A stretch of DNA of 64,000 nucleotides from Verrucomicrobiota bacterium (GTDB lineage: Bacteria > Verrucomicrobiota > Verrucomicrobiia > Limisphaerales > UBA11358). The DNA lies in NCBI GenBank assembly GCA_049510395.1, contig JBEKYY010000025.1:3670-67669 (forward strand). The letters are read 5' to 3'. The notes beneath the pieces are model-generated. The model was not told the origin of the DNA, ran no database searches, and saw only the letters and a list, made by a program, of their open reading frames with translations. Position numbers and translations under genes: made by a program. Of the stretch, positions 62,988-64,000 are shown in pieces (positions within the stretch are counted from its first letter, which is position 1; every line of letters starts with the position of its first letter).

Positions 62988-64000
62988 ATGAACCGCAAAC
63001 CATCATTACTCGTCGTTTTCCTGACGGTCTTCATTGATCTCATCGGCTTCGGCATCGTCGTGCCGCTGGTGCCGATTTTCAGCCGGCATTACGGCGCGAG
63101 CGGCTTCGTCATCGGCGCCATCATCGCCTCGTTTTCCGCGATGCAATTCGTCTTCTCGCCGATCTGGGGAAAGCTTTCCGACCGTTACGGCCGCCGTCCG
63201 ATTCTACTTATCAGCACCGCCGGTGCAGCGGTGTCGTATGTCTTGTTTGCCGTCGGGTCGGGTTTTGAAAATCACACCGCCGCGCTTTGGGCGCTGCTGA
63301 TCTCCCGTGTCTTCGCCGGCATCTGCGGCGGCAACATCACCGTCGCCCAGGCCTACATCGCCGACATCACCCCGCCGGAAAACCGGTCGAAGCGAATGGG
63401 CTTGATCGGCATGGCCTTCGGATTGGGATTTATTTTCGGTCCGGCGCTGAGCGGGATCGCCCTGAAATTCTTCGGCGCCACCGGACCGGGCTGGACGGCC
63501 GCCGCTCTTTGCGCGGCTAATTTCATTCTGGCGTTTTGCATCCTCGCCGAAAGTTTGAAACCGGACTCCAGTCAGGCGGCCCGGCGCCCGCGATTCGCCC
63601 AATGGGGACACACGCTCACCCAGCCGAAAATCGGTTTGCTGATTCTTATTTTTTTTCTGGCGACGTTCGCGTTCAGTTGCTTTGAAAGCACCCTGCCGCT
63701 GCTCGTCAGCGACAATTTCAATCTCGGCATCGCCGTGGACGAAACCAAACCCGCCAGCACGGTCATCTCCCTGTTTGTGTTTTGCGGCATTATTGGCGCG
63801 GTCATCCAGGGCGGGGCCATCGGGCGACTGGTCAAAATGTTCGGCGAACCCAAGTTGATCTCATTCAGTCTTTTCCTGACCGGCATCAGCCTGATCTTCC
63901 TGCCGTTCATCAAAGGCGACGGTCAGCTCAAGTGGTTGGCCGTCCTGCACGCGACCGATTGGCAGTGGATCAAAATGCTTCTGGCGCTGGCGCTGCTGGC
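62988..64000 (+). CDS. MFS transporter (DHA1/TetA-like), 3' end outside the window
   Basis: Not in the ORF track because there is no stop in the window. My translation from the ATG at 62988 gives MNRKPSLLVVFLTVFIDLIGFGIVVPLVPIFSRHYGASGFVIGAIIASFSAMQFVFSPIWGKLSDRYGRRPILLIS, including the MFS motif GxLSDRxGRRP. Confidence 0.8.
   Translation, partial: MNRKPSLLVVFLTVFIDLIGFGIVVPLVPIFSRHYGASGFVIGAIIASFSAMQFVFSPIWGKLSDRYGRRPILLISTAGAAVSYVLFAVGSGFENHTAALWALLISRVFAGICGGNITVAQAYIADITPPENRSKRMGLIGMAFGLGFIFGPALSGIALKFFGATGPGWTAAALCAANFILAFCILAESLKPDSSQAARRPRFAQWGHTLTQPKIGLLILIFFLATFAFSCFESTLPLLVSDNFNLGIAVDETKPASTVISLFVFCGIIGAVIQGGAIGRLVKMFGEPKLISFSLFLTGISLIFLPFIKGDGQLKWLAVLHATDWQWIKMLLALALL

Overview
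A GC-rich (by eye, not computed) chromosomal segment with about 50 protein-coding genes. I found no rRNA, tRNA or CRISPR array. All family calls come from reading motifs in the supplied translations and in my own translations; no database search was run. The style (PEP-CTERM protein, giant SBBP / Ig ('YQW') / RCC1 / NHL surface proteins, pilMNOPQ, GC-rich REP-like hairpins) suggests Verrucomicrobiota or a relative; this is inference.

Content, left to right:
- MFS-acyltransferase fusion (partial)
- REC-HPt-REC phosphorelay protein
- acid-sugar/tartrate locus (Tat-signal enolase-superfamily protein, dctA, TarD-like dehydratase)
- PEP-CTERM protein
- DUF2157 / duplicated-domain / GDYXXLXY operon, plus a decayed paralogous fragment
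- B12-radical-SAM module with two small membrane proteins
- two LysR paralogs flanking a GT-C-like membrane protein
- pilM-N-O-P-Q followed by a 1349-aa NHL/FN3/cohesin-dockerin-like protein
- mntH-uspA-DUF971 operon, divergent from mntR
- VOC protein
- pectin/unsaturated-uronate genes (eda, GH105-DUF4861, kduD, kduI)
- ilvB
- two tandem OPA-family MFS transporters
- 1034-aa surface protein
- rpsF-ssb-rplI, pth, L25/Ctc, prs
- aldo/keto reductase
- dnaB-bamA-(1582-aa surface protein)-skp
- MFS transporter (partial)

Most interesting candidates:
1. Giant beta-propeller/Ig proteins are embedded directly in the bamA-skp and pilMNOPQ operons. They share a C-terminal tail ending in FYRV/FYLL with a third, stand-alone giant protein.
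2. An exact 16-bp direct repeat brackets the radical-SAM membrane module.
3. An AT-rich 420-bp region next to dnaB carries clustered DnaA-box-like 9-mers at a point where gene orientation switches.
4. The prs gene has its conserved 5' end cut off by an in-frame stop.
5. Several families of REP/BIME-like hairpin elements are present, together with a 16-codon remnant of a RAYT/IS200-like gene.

Hand-indexed coordinates of small motifs may be off by 1-2 nt.
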